33,604 nucleotides of DNA from a virus (Duplodnaviria; Caudoviricetes): positions 1 to 33,604 of IMG/VR virus record IMGVR_UViG_3300030330_005856; one strand, 5' to 3'. Below the pieces are notes generated by a model. That model was not told the DNA's origin. It was given only the letters and a program-made list of their open reading frames with translations, and ran no database searches. Below, in pieces: positions 11,001-19,452 of the stretch; position 1 is the stretch's first letter, and each line of letters opens with the position of its first letter. The translations under genes and the position numbers were made by a program.

Positions 11001-11035
11001 TCATCATTATTAAAATCATATTCTAAATTAGGCAT
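5024..11035 (-). CDS. Large baseplate wedge protein (T4 gp7/P2 gpI-like domain) with LamG/concanavalin-like domain
   Basis: Wedge motif WRKTLNNIIYIYKSKGTKNSIRGLLNVYGYP (~7535-7625); LamG motifs FSMAIWVK, WNHVAFTY, IKLYLNGQL, FNGFLQYPRIYNRTISADEVQQLY (~8090-8640); EF-hand-like DIDGDGD near the N-terminus. Confidence 0.75.
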   Translation of the reverse strand: MPNLEYDFNNDDYQLIASDETNVQLSNNDYVRISLYTINEGNQISNEIYQYSVTVADTEIVTQKAVFYSSLSEIPFDINESAFFTGTEPKIRLVGSSYNDFKLYQRDDNGSKKYFLKPNELFNDKELPEGKYNIKIDFLQQLNPNNITTEYLETLPQPQYIQEVDIDGDGDLTVLDAVEWPDVGRPDIAYYISQQVSGVTNYYTDYTPTGDEDPNQGPLDSDAYHNPGFVGNTYDFIIKQISTSRKEVRLKLLNHDLQRNTDGSFNYPYNDILNQLTQNNPTTGYKFNHLLNVGDGNHIPITNFEFDGVTDGKENQSIILRLYEPIPLFVNNQKLVSIESEKLITQTTEIYYFSDVEPQVIGLGLTPDNLENWINPNQTENLEFQNYDELTSSLSDISLNQYVSGSSHYYPNLNIDYNEFSNHTFFGSAKRKLENFETKIKTIQGHYSKISSSLNVSSSMEGDSTDVIQLRKDLFNKINEEINAFTPYERFLYYDGQSESTASAPSLINYADTIPVQTGINKDYIGQINGGDGFDVVYHHSSKDTGGASSGQFIDLFTNKYYVHNKPFFNYSSSIYLSFLMKADSGSALTFDNRQENYPNDGGDVSFPRDSKFKENVLNPQMTSSAYQRYIFHTSHSYFIPTAKVDNDFSRINDFKAGSSEIEILSGSFKTGSTFVRDSSGKYQNYSTVVTGSGVKFKGSVMPAGELFRIFYKNNLSSSLQGYWNIDDVESGSALTIANVTNDAGPTTGDAISISGSTPPHESQNDPVTAAGGVQIHNRTYGSSYFMISESKQKVVFDTTDFNFGKDDDFSMAIWVKRFHPNVVNANSSDNGVQSIFTRGHTNHTYGIDYNQDNSSLRAGVRGSDADGGSTHIVQTTCDLSSSWNHVAFTYESGSDAGIKLYLNGQLAASKTTIAPYNITGSNDFSLSSISKEPEFLSLGGADQLGGGTGTIPNRWFNGFLQYPRIYNRTISADEVQQLYLLPDGISDSNITDVKVTLKNPKNALPFDNLFHTSSAEWTNWYNDLLTKAETFDTNNIHSLENNLPLYIQESSEYGDLKDFLSLQGEQYDVIKNHIDGLNTIHDRGYNESNSPPENIYPMLLDNLGYQAINPFSGSLTDSLGSYLSGVTSIDDIKNNTWRKTLNNIIYIYKSKGTKNSIRGLLNVYGYPPDVLSVKEFGTGYETSNDNQSPFNNQIPTSGQVDLDLEAQGNSIQFQSSDNRLFYYMFQNNPLRTFNLDWYMNDANINTIEFVYKHNSTTNTQTILESSGSGNQKLWDLRLIPSADGISSSFEFRLNNSNTGSGAIASNAISMSTSYSKILDGQIWNLMLQRMTSSISGSGTNEYRLHAALQDDKKITTYNYVTMSVSGGLSNSYITGAADNNYYANQNFVLTGSRASTNFSNLVVGRTLSGSLAQIKAWNSPLSTSRFRQHTINKTSVVGNTINSHKDELIYYFKLSENYSTSSISSSTQLVSFVDAASKTTLPTNYTFQKTGSFLTSSVAYGVDIIKQIKIGLADNNENIVNDNKININPSYKVIGNLNSKTPSIIKTEKGVNNVSNKLELDKSMTNIIDGHILDRTDTFEFDKFYGNPMNFYSSSYTELDNLRHNFFKSFPIQVNINEFIRANENIFNHSLSEGIKTLVPAHSTLSDSRSGFGITVKQNLLERNKYSHKQHSVEINPNLASGSLNFVENTEYKQQSFTANLELPYSSSISLGNAYSASKGYIHSPFLQPSGVTGSIEFPKSGSSILVNNFILLNTTTIDFPKSGSIDMGNNYQTGSNQVPNFLRKGGITGSVVFPYSSSINFISTHFNKSFENIHDSWGTSSNDTHFINFAGGTGSEANYNVGHIDTRVVFHMIGDTEFYSASFGNATDFGNSERFDNRLQITENVPSSVQYDSKNFATGSGIFNGRMMGKTRYFFTNTDGTIESLPINHVTRFSNPFTTQMIKGTQNTNPGFFPKSSPTEKDVDFSTASFYSISVTGGENQIIIKDDGNPIIGSDGSITYG
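5630..5940 (-). repeat. Degenerate intragenic tandem repeats near the C-terminus of the 2003-aa protein
   Basis: PYSSSI x2, FPKSGS x2, G[VI]TGS[IV] x2; exact 17-bp DNA repeat gagcctgatttaggaaa at 5739..5755 and 5805..5821. Confidence 0.75.
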
Positions 11036-11037
11036 AA

Positions 11038-14000
11038 CTACAACGCTCCATTTTCTTTAGTTCTTATTGGTGTTTTTATATATGAATCTCTTCTCATTTG
11101 TTCATTTTTCTGTGCTTTTTTAATCTTATAATCTCCAATTATTAATCCTTTATTTGAATTTCCACTTGAATCATATATGGTTTTATCTGTAATGTTTCCA
11201 GTATTAAATTCTAATTTACAATTTTGAGACAAAATTATATCTTTGTTATCATTTATAAATATCTGTCCAACAGAATTATCTTCAGAATAAGTTCTTTCTA
11301 TTGTTGAACCATCCCAATATAATCCACCATTTACAACAGCATCATATCGATATGGATAATTTAAAAACTCACTATCCCCATCCACATTTGTAAATTCATC
11401 TGCTGATTCTGGTGTTGGATAATTACATTCATTATTAAAATCATAACCAAGTGTAGTGTTTGAATCATAGTTAAGTGCATTTTCATCTCCACAACCTATT
11501 TCAGGTTTAAAATATTGTATTTGCAAACCAGAATTATTTAGGGATGTAGGAAACAATGCAGCTGTAATGTTTTCAACCTGAGATTGAGTTTCTATCCAAT
11601 CTCCTTGTTCAGAGTGAATTATTAAATTCATTAAAGTTCCACAACCTATAATAGGGTAAGAATTACCAGCTGGACTTTTAAAACTAACAACTCTTGCTTT
11701 ATTACCATCACCTTCGTTAGAAAAATTTGTTACCCAATTGTTATCTTGTAAAGCACCACCTTGAGTTATATCCAATATAGTATATGGATTTTGAAGGTCG
11801 AATTGAATACCTTCAATTCCAACTTGGTTTTCTTCAAATTTATATAAAACACTACCTTGTGAATTTATAAAAATATGATTATCAGGTATTCTCTCATCAC
11901 ATCCATCTGTTATTATTCCACTTGGAAGTGGTGCATCTTGATATTGTGCAGGAAAGTTATTTTGAGCCCATTTAATTATTTCTTGTCCAATATGTTGTGA
12001 TGTAGTTTCAAGAAGTTCTTCATATTGAGTAAGAGTTTGTTCATCTGGATTAGGACTCCATGGACCATTAACACCATCTGTCATCCATCCTACATAATTG
12101 TAAAAACTAAATGATAGGTTTACCCACCACCATAAAGAAGTTGCTTGAGATTGTAAAAAGTCACTATTGATAGAACCAAATTCAACAAGTGAATTATTAC
12201 TTCCTTGTCTTTGAGGAAAGGCTTCAAACCAAAATTCAGAAAAAGATGGATTACCAAATTCTGCATTATTTACTGAAGGAAATTCATTTCCGTGATATAC
12301 TCTTTGCCATTGTGGAGTAAGATTATCTAAAGGTGGTGGAAAAAGATCGTCTACTGTTTGCCAAACAACTCCTCCACCATCATCAGAACTTCCACCATAA
12401 ATAATTTCATCAAAATTAAACTCTATGTTTGTATAAAAAAATTCAACCCAATCTGAATATAATGTATCTCTATTAAAGTCAGCTATAAAGTCGTAATAAG
12501 TGTAAAGAAAATCATATGTGCATTCATTAAATTCACATTTATAATGTTGACCTGGATGTCCCATCGCAGACATCGCATAATAACAAAATTCATTACCTCC
12601 AATATCATCATACCACCAACTAAAATTAGCAAAATTATAAAAATCATAACCTGATTGGATTCCTTCATATGTAGAGGTTTGAGGAGGACAAGATAGTGGA
12701 CTATTGTTAAAACCAGTAGCACCACCAGTCCAATAATTATCGGATGGTACAAACATGTCCGGACCAAAATAACCTCCAGGAGGAGCTCCACCTTCACCAG
12801 TGTCAGGATTAAATGCATTACCCCAAGTATTCCATTGATTACCCATGACTTGATTTTGACTTGGAAGATAATTAACAGGAGCACCAATGTTTGAGAAAAA
12901 ATAATCTTCACTACCATGTGAAAATAAACCTTCTAAAGGAGTTGGTAATGCAGATGTTGGTGGCCATTTTGGTGTACAATATCGTATATCGTTAATATCA
13001 TCACCATTTATATCACTTTGAGTTCTACACTGCCCATACTGACCACCTGTAGGTGTAAACAATGTATTAAAATTATTAACATAACTATTCCAATAAATAC
13101 TTTCATATAACTCCTCTGGTAGATTATTGCCTGATAGGAAGTTTCCAAAATTGTCTAATACTTTTGGACATTCCTCTCCATTTAAACATCGTTCATTCAC
13201 ATCAATCCAATGAGCTATATCAGGCCTTCCGTGTTGTAACCAATAATCAACATCATCATTACTAAAACTTAATGTTGAAGGTGAAACTTGATTTTCAACA
13301 AGAGTGTAATTTTGTGAATACACACTACTAAATTCTTCATAAAAAACAGGAAAAGAATAATCATCTAATGCAGAAGGAGATATGTCATTAATCTCATAAT
13401 AATCAGATGGTATTTCTAAAAGAGTATTCATATCATAACTACCTGTATTAAAGAATCTAACTTGTTCTAAATCCATTTTTTCTATATTTTTACCAAGTTC
13501 ATCATTTTCTCTAGCTTCAACCAAAAATGTTTCATCAATTATATCCAAATTACCAATTTTACCACCACCCAATATATCATTGATTGACTTTGAATATTTT
13601 GAATCTTCACTTACTCCACCAATGATTGGAGTTGTATAAGGCCAAGGTATAGTAACATAATCATCACCACCAACTTGACCAAAGTCTGGAAATTCATTTG
13701 TAGGTATGTCTAAAAATATACGAGTGGTTATTAATTTCCATCTAATTGGTTCAATGTTAGAATTATAAACACCCGATATATCCATCTCTGTCTGATGAGA
13801 AATCATAACAGTTTTAATTGTTTTAATTCCAGGTGTGTTATAATTATTTGTTAATTTATTTCTCAGACCCATTTGAGTTGTATTACTCATATATTGTGGA
13901 ATATATAAATTTTCACTTTGTTTTTCTATTAATTCATCCATTGTTTCAGGATAATTTGCTAACACATCATTTATACTCTCATAAACATTTTCTCTATCAT

Positions 14001-15564
14001 CCCAATCAATCACAAAAAATATGTAGTCAGCATTATTTGGATTTTTTATTGTTGTGGAATTTGAAAATTCATATTCTTGATTTGTAAATTTACTATATAA
14101 TTCTATATCTATATTGTCTTCTTGATTATTTGGTAAAGCTGTATAGAATAATGTTAACTCATCACTACCATATGGTTCGGGATGAACTGCTACATCAAAA
14201 CTTAAATTTACTACATTTGGAGCTGATACTAATATCCTTTCATCTTTATTTCCATAATATATTTGAAAATCTTTTTCCTCTTCAGTTAATAATTCTACAT
14301 ATGGAATTGGTAAATAGTCTGCAAATTCTGAGGTATAATAATATCCATTTTCCTCTGATATTCCACTTCCGTAATTGAAATTATCGTTCGGTTTTAATAA
14401 CTCATTACTTGGAAGCATGTTAAGTATTAACTCATTAATTTGGTTTTGATTATAACTTGAAATTGGTGGAGTAACAGCTGGATTTTCTTGTTTATATTCT
14501 GGTGGCGGATTATAATCTGCACTTTCTTCATCCACACCACCCAAAGTATTAATTGTAACACTTAATGCCTCACCTGTAAATGCAGCTGTATAATCTTGAT
14601 CGTTTGAATACCTTTCAATATCGTGATTATCCCAATTTAAAGTTGTCACTTTACCTCTTATGGGAAAACCATTCTCATCTAATTCAAACAATTCATCTGG
14701 AGTTAAACTCCATATGGATATAGTTTCATTTCTACTTTTATCAAAGGTTGTATCCATGTCCCCATCCATATGTATTGCGATATAAATTGGATTACTTGTT
14801 CCATCTTGTTGAAATAATGTTGTTAAATCACTAACATCCGAAAATGGGTTATCAATATCAGATGAATCTGTAGCATCATCAGGATTAAATTCATATTTCA
14901 ACATGCTTCTTTTTGGGTCGAATCCATCATATTTTTTATCATGAAATTCTGGAACAAAAACTGCGTCATAATTATTTAAATTAACCACACCACTATCATC
15001 TTGGTCAAAAACACTTAGTGAATCAAAATCTTCTGCAATTTTAATATTTTGAAACAAACTTGTACCAGGTGCATTACCTTCACCATAATTAGGACCATTT
15101 TGTGAAAAGAATAAAGCTACTTGTTCAGTAGTTCCTGTTTTATATTTTCTAAATCCAGTATCTGTACTGAGCATCTGGCCATAACTTTTTAAACTACCAT
15201 TTGTATTATAAGGATTAAAAAATGCTTGAGAAAAAATGTATATACGAAAATAAACATCATTAATATTACTATTCACACCTCTGTTTTTAATATTCATACT
15301 ATTGATTTCAATAAAACTTCCACCTGTAAATTTTAATGCATCTATAGAAGAATTAAGAGCATTTTGAATTTTTGAATCACAGATTATTTCATTTATTTCA
15401 TCGCCAATTGAATATGAATATAAATCTTGTCTTGAAAATTTATCATAACGAATAGCAATACCATCAGAGTCTAAATAGTCTTGACTTGGATTATCATCTT
15501 TAAAAGAATATATTCCATAATCACCTTCAATTGGTTTATTTTTTATTAATCTTTTTCTTGACAT
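11038..15564 (-). CDS. Large acidic virion protein with PKD-like domain, dockerin-like and cohesin-like segments; paralog of 15564..19451
   Basis: FFVIDWDD...NNYNTPGIKTIK (PKD-like); blocks shared with the neighbour; GRPDIA module; IEGIQF cohesin-like segment; GCGDENALNY motif. Confidence 0.6.
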   Translation of the reverse strand: MSRKRLIKNKPIEGDYGIYSFKDDNPSQDYLDSDGIAIRYDKFSRQDLYSYSIGDEINEIICDSKIQNALNSSIDALKFTGGSFIEINSMNIKNRGVNSNINDVYFRIYIFSQAFFNPYNTNGSLKSYGQMLSTDTGFRKYKTGTTEQVALFFSQNGPNYGEGNAPGTSLFQNIKIAEDFDSLSVFDQDDSGVVNLNNYDAVFVPEFHDKKYDGFDPKRSMLKYEFNPDDATDSSDIDNPFSDVSDLTTLFQQDGTSNPIYIAIHMDGDMDTTFDKSRNETISIWSLTPDELFELDENGFPIRGKVTTLNWDNHDIERYSNDQDYTAAFTGEALSVTINTLGGVDEESADYNPPPEYKQENPAVTPPISSYNQNQINELILNMLPSNELLKPNDNFNYGSGISEENGYYYTSEFADYLPIPYVELLTEEEKDFQIYYGNKDERILVSAPNVVNLSFDVAVHPEPYGSDELTLFYTALPNNQEDNIDIELYSKFTNQEYEFSNSTTIKNPNNADYIFFVIDWDDRENVYESINDVLANYPETMDELIEKQSENLYIPQYMSNTTQMGLRNKLTNNYNTPGIKTIKTVMISHQTEMDISGVYNSNIEPIRWKLITTRIFLDIPTNEFPDFGQVGGDDYVTIPWPYTTPIIGGVSEDSKYSKSINDILGGGKIGNLDIIDETFLVEARENDELGKNIEKMDLEQVRFFNTGSYDMNTLLEIPSDYYEINDISPSALDDYSFPVFYEEFSSVYSQNYTLVENQVSPSTLSFSNDDVDYWLQHGRPDIAHWIDVNERCLNGEECPKVLDNFGNFLSGNNLPEELYESIYWNSYVNNFNTLFTPTGGQYGQCRTQSDINGDDINDIRYCTPKWPPTSALPTPLEGLFSHGSEDYFFSNIGAPVNYLPSQNQVMGNQWNTWGNAFNPDTGEGGAPPGGYFGPDMFVPSDNYWTGGATGFNNSPLSCPPQTSTYEGIQSGYDFYNFANFSWWYDDIGGNEFCYYAMSAMGHPGQHYKCEFNECTYDFLYTYYDFIADFNRDTLYSDWVEFFYTNIEFNFDEIIYGGSSDDGGGVVWQTVDDLFPPPLDNLTPQWQRVYHGNEFPSVNNAEFGNPSFSEFWFEAFPQRQGSNNSLVEFGSINSDFLQSQATSLWWWVNLSFSFYNYVGWMTDGVNGPWSPNPDEQTLTQYEELLETTSQHIGQEIIKWAQNNFPAQYQDAPLPSGIITDGCDERIPDNHIFINSQGSVLYKFEENQVGIEGIQFDLQNPYTILDITQGGALQDNNWVTNFSNEGDGNKARVVSFKSPAGNSYPIIGCGTLMNLIIHSEQGDWIETQSQVENITAALFPTSLNNSGLQIQYFKPEIGCGDENALNYDSNTTLGYDFNNECNYPTPESADEFTNVDGDSEFLNYPYRYDAVVNGGLYWDGSTIERTYSEDNSVGQIFINDNKDIILSQNCKLEFNTGNITDKTIYDSSGNSNKGLIIGDYKIKKAQKNEQMRRDSYIKTPIRTKENGAL

Positions 15565-18500
15565 TAAAATGCCCCTCTAAATTTACTTACTCTTGTATTA
15601 CCAGTTGATTTAACTTTTTGTGGTTGTAAAGTTTCTTGATTAAATTTAGGTTTATAATCATTAAAAGAAAACCCATAATTATTATTTCCACTTTTATCAT
15701 TTAAAACATTAGTTTCTACGGTATCAGTTGTTATTGATATTTTTAAATTATTATCAAAATATCCCTCATCAGTAATAGGACCAGTTTCAGGAAATCTAAT
15801 TTTATCATTTGGATATTCATTAAAAATAAATTTACCATCTGATGAATATTTTGGTAAAACAGGATAATAATATAAATCAGATTCATACCAATTTTGTTCA
15901 GTTTGATTAATGTAATTACTGATTATATACCCATCTTCAGTTGATATTATTCCCTCTCTTTCAAAAATTGAATAACCTTTAGGTATGATTTTTTTCCAAT
16001 ATCTTGGTTCATTAGGATTACCAACTTGATTAAAATCATCTTGTTCAAATCCTATCATTTCCCAAATTGATTTAGAACCTGTATTGAAATACCTAATATT
16101 AGTTATATCAGCATCACCAATTGTTTTTCCAAGTTCTTCTGAATTTGTTTTTATACCATTGTATATTACTTCACTTTCAATAAAAGTTGGTATATCATCT
16201 ACACTACTCCAATTGTAAACATAGTCAGGATATGTATAGTAATCACCTGTAGGATTGTCTACTTCAGCAATTAAATTATACAATAAATCTGAAACATCTG
16301 GCCTATCAAAATTTTCATATTCATCACCCTCAGCCCACAATGATGCATCATTAAAATCTATAACTCCATCACCATTTAAATCAAACTCTTGAACATATTG
16401 TGGAAAATCTAAAGTTGATAAATATTCAGGAGTCATAACACTCAAACCAGATTCAATAATATCAGGATCATCATTAGCAAAATTCTTAAAGTAATTTAGT
16501 TGTGTTTGTAATTCATCTGATGTTGCATCAGCAGACGAAAATCTTTGTTTTTGATATTCTCTCAATACATTGAAATTAGAACTAAATGATGAATCCATTT
16601 TATCCAATGCAATTTCTGTTTTTAACCTATCACCAATTGATTTAAATTCTGTATTAATTGACAAGTCATCGGATATTAAACCAAGTTGTCTTTTTATTGA
16701 TTTATAATAAATACTTTGTTCACCATAACCACCAACTACAGGTAATGTATTTCTAAATGGAATAAATGAGAAACCATTAGTTCCAAAATATAAAAAGTCT
16801 TCATCTAATTTCTCATTAATATTTATAAATAATTGAAATTTTCTATGATGAATAATTCCTAAAGGGTTATGATTTTTATCAGGTTTCATTCGTATCATTG
16901 TACCTGTTACTTCAAAAATACCATTTGTTTCATATGTATGATATAATGATGTCTCTTCATCAATTCTTATTGGTTCAGATTCAAATTCTTTTGGAGAACC
17001 ATCACCCCAATCCACATCATAAATATAAAACATACCTTGTCTAAAATCATTATGTATAATAGCTTTTTGAAATCCAAATGTATCATTGTAATTGTATCTT
17101 GGATAAAAATAAAATTGTGCTTCCAATGGTGCAGTTGAGTCTTCATATTCATTTGGCTGTAAATCTTTATCATAATATTTTGTTAAGTCTGCTATACCAT
17201 ATTCATTAGGACCTTTTTTCTTTCTAACATCAACATCTGGTGTGAATTTATATGATTCCTTTACTTCAATATCATCAATGAAAACCTCTCCATGAAAACC
17301 ATTATTGTCTTCATCACTACTTGTTTGTATAACAAAATTTAAATTTCTTACATTTGTTAAATCATCTGGATGAACATGGTCACCAACTAAATTGAATGTA
17401 TAACTAAATTCTTCCCATTTATTAAATTCAGAATTTCTAAATCTATTCATAGAACCAAAAGATTTATTACCTGTAACACCAGTTGAAGTTATAGAATTAT
17501 AAGCAGCTTTTAAATCTTGATAATTTGTTTCATAAAATTTGTCTCCAATTAGTTGATCTAAATCATAATTTTCACTATAAAATCGAACGGTTTCACCACT
17601 AGAATGAGCTACAGCTGTAGTTCCCCCCACCCCTCTTTGAACTTTAAAAACAGCTAATTCTGGATAATAGTCTTCATTAACTCTATGGCTTATGATTTTC
17701 AGCATCTCACTACCAACTTGTAAATAATAATTATTAAAAGTGCCTGCAGTATCAAGAAGGTTTTTTATTTCATCATGCGTATTTTGAGAAGAATTTTCTC
17801 TAAATAAATTACTTCTAAAATTTTTAAATTGAATAAAGTTATGTGATTCATCATCATCATCATAACCAGCATCGTCATCCATATTTAAATTCCACTCTCC
17901 ATCTGTATCCATTGTATCTTCTGTTTCGTCATCTTGGTCTAAATCACCACCTCTATATGCACCTATTATAATCCATTGATTAGTATCATTATGTAAACCA
18001 TAGTTTGCTGCATTGGATGGTGCTCCACTTACGGGAGGAATTGTATCACTCATTTCACTATCCCAATCAGCCTCATTAGCTACATTTTGATGAGTGGTTG
18101 TAGTCCAATGATTAAGAAAAGTATTAATGCTTGGTGCAGTACTACCAAACAGGACAAAATCTGCATCATAAACTTTGTATTTAGGATTATTTAAGTCTAT
18201 ATTTCTTATAATACCAGTTTCAATAAATTTAGTATTTAAATCAGTAGATTCTCTAGTAGTTGTTTTCATTTTAAATTTAACTTCTAATGAACTGTATGGA
18301 TTTAATGTTGTGTCTCCTGTTTGATTATCTTCGTCAAATATACTATAAATTTTTTGAGCTTGATTATTTGTTCTATATTGATTGCCATCTATCAATCCAA
18401 ATAATTCAGATAGTCTGTTATCGTTACTACTTATAGAACCATAATTACTATCTGCATAAAATCTTAAGCATTTTCCAAATGAAAAACATTCATTATCTCT

Positions 18501-19451
18501 CACCCATGAAGCCCATTGGAGGTTTTTTTGTATTGGTGGTGAGTTAAAAAATGTCTGATAATTAGAAGAGTTAAGTTCATGATCTTCAAATGGATATATA
18601 TAAGGCGCCCATCCAGCATAACCATATGTGGAATTTGATTCTTGTGAATACTCATCACTTTGTATCCATTTCTTAGGAGTTTCTGTTCCTGGAGCAGTTT
18701 CGTTCTGCGTTAGATGAATACCCACACCATCAAGTCCTAAATAAGTCCAACTACCAAGTGGCTTATATGAGCTTTGTCCTAATGTACTTGTTTCATATAG
18801 ATTTTCTTGAACTAATCTACCTGAACCATTGGTTATAAAATTTTCTTTTGGTATCTGTGTAAATAATAAGTCTGAAATGTTGTCGGTAAAATTATCTTCA
18901 GTTATGTTCAAATCATCTGAAGAAATTAATCCAAGAGTTTGTCTTTTATCATTGTCTGATGCAAAAAATAAATTTGAATTTTGTTTCATTGTGCTTAAAC
19001 AAGCTTGTTCACCACTTTCGTAAAACCAATCATTAGGTTGAATATTTTGATCATCATATGAATTTCCAAGTAATACCATAGAACCATCAGCACATACGGC
19101 TCTCACTTCAAATACTTGTTGAGCAATAAAATTTAAAGTAGTTTGACACCCACCATTTCCATCATCATAATCACCAATGTAATCTGGCCATAGAGGATTA
19201 TCTACCGAACGGAATACACCATCATTCAAACCATCAGTATCAGGAAAATTAAAATCTTGACCACTACCATCTAATTCCAATACACCATCTGGTGCTCTCG
19301 AAGCCTCCAATCTAATACAAACATTTTGATTAATCACTTCATCCCTTAAATCAATACCACTATAAGGGTCATATGAGTTTAATAAAGTTTGTTCAATGGA
19401 AACTCCAGGTACTCCGAAATTACCAACTTCTTCTGTTTTAAATTCAGACAT
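15564..19451 (-). CDS. Large acidic virion protein with CBM-like, PKD and EF-hand/dockerin-like segments
   Basis: PKD signature VDWGDGS...HTYETNGIFEV; CBM-like WEEFSYTF...FIDDIEVKE; DLNGDGVIDFND; VQRGVGGTTAVAHSSGETV tail-protein motif. Confidence 0.6.
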   Translation of the reverse strand: MSEFKTEEVGNFGVPGVSIEQTLLNSYDPYSGIDLRDEVINQNVCIRLEASRAPDGVLELDGSGQDFNFPDTDGLNDGVFRSVDNPLWPDYIGDYDDGNGGCQTTLNFIAQQVFEVRAVCADGSMVLLGNSYDDQNIQPNDWFYESGEQACLSTMKQNSNLFFASDNDKRQTLGLISSDDLNITEDNFTDNISDLLFTQIPKENFITNGSGRLVQENLYETSTLGQSSYKPLGSWTYLGLDGVGIHLTQNETAPGTETPKKWIQSDEYSQESNSTYGYAGWAPYIYPFEDHELNSSNYQTFFNSPPIQKNLQWASWVRDNECFSFGKCLRFYADSNYGSISSNDNRLSELFGLIDGNQYRTNNQAQKIYSIFDEDNQTGDTTLNPYSSLEVKFKMKTTTRESTDLNTKFIETGIIRNIDLNNPKYKVYDADFVLFGSTAPSINTFLNHWTTTTHQNVANEADWDSEMSDTIPPVSGAPSNAANYGLHNDTNQWIIIGAYRGGDLDQDDETEDTMDTDGEWNLNMDDDAGYDDDDESHNFIQFKNFRSNLFRENSSQNTHDEIKNLLDTAGTFNNYYLQVGSEMLKIISHRVNEDYYPELAVFKVQRGVGGTTAVAHSSGETVRFYSENYDLDQLIGDKFYETNYQDLKAAYNSITSTGVTGNKSFGSMNRFRNSEFNKWEEFSYTFNLVGDHVHPDDLTNVRNLNFVIQTSSDEDNNGFHGEVFIDDIEVKESYKFTPDVDVRKKKGPNEYGIADLTKYYDKDLQPNEYEDSTAPLEAQFYFYPRYNYNDTFGFQKAIIHNDFRQGMFYIYDVDWGDGSPKEFESEPIRIDEETSLYHTYETNGIFEVTGTMIRMKPDKNHNPLGIIHHRKFQLFININEKLDEDFLYFGTNGFSFIPFRNTLPVVGGYGEQSIYYKSIKRQLGLISDDLSINTEFKSIGDRLKTEIALDKMDSSFSSNFNVLREYQKQRFSSADATSDELQTQLNYFKNFANDDPDIIESGLSVMTPEYLSTLDFPQYVQEFDLNGDGVIDFNDASLWAEGDEYENFDRPDVSDLLYNLIAEVDNPTGDYYTYPDYVYNWSSVDDIPTFIESEVIYNGIKTNSEELGKTIGDADITNIRYFNTGSKSIWEMIGFEQDDFNQVGNPNEPRYWKKIIPKGYSIFEREGIISTEDGYIISNYINQTEQNWYESDLYYYPVLPKYSSDGKFIFNEYPNDKIRFPETGPITDEGYFDNNLKISITTDTVETNVLNDKSGNNNYGFSFNDYKPKFNQETLQPQKVKSTGNTRVSKFRGAF

Positions 19452-19452
19452 T

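Noticed and set aside
1860-17173. Alternative-frame minus ORFs (1860..2087, 3406..3615, 12483..12917, 16967..17173)
   Set aside because: Nested in longer genes with the L/I/V/M-rich composition expected from off-frame reading of AT-rich codons; no independent evidence.
5024-19451. Diversity-generating retroelement or intein in the giant structural genes
   Set aside because: No reverse transcriptase in the window, no long near-identical TR/VR pair seen, and no intein or LAGLIDADG motifs recognised.
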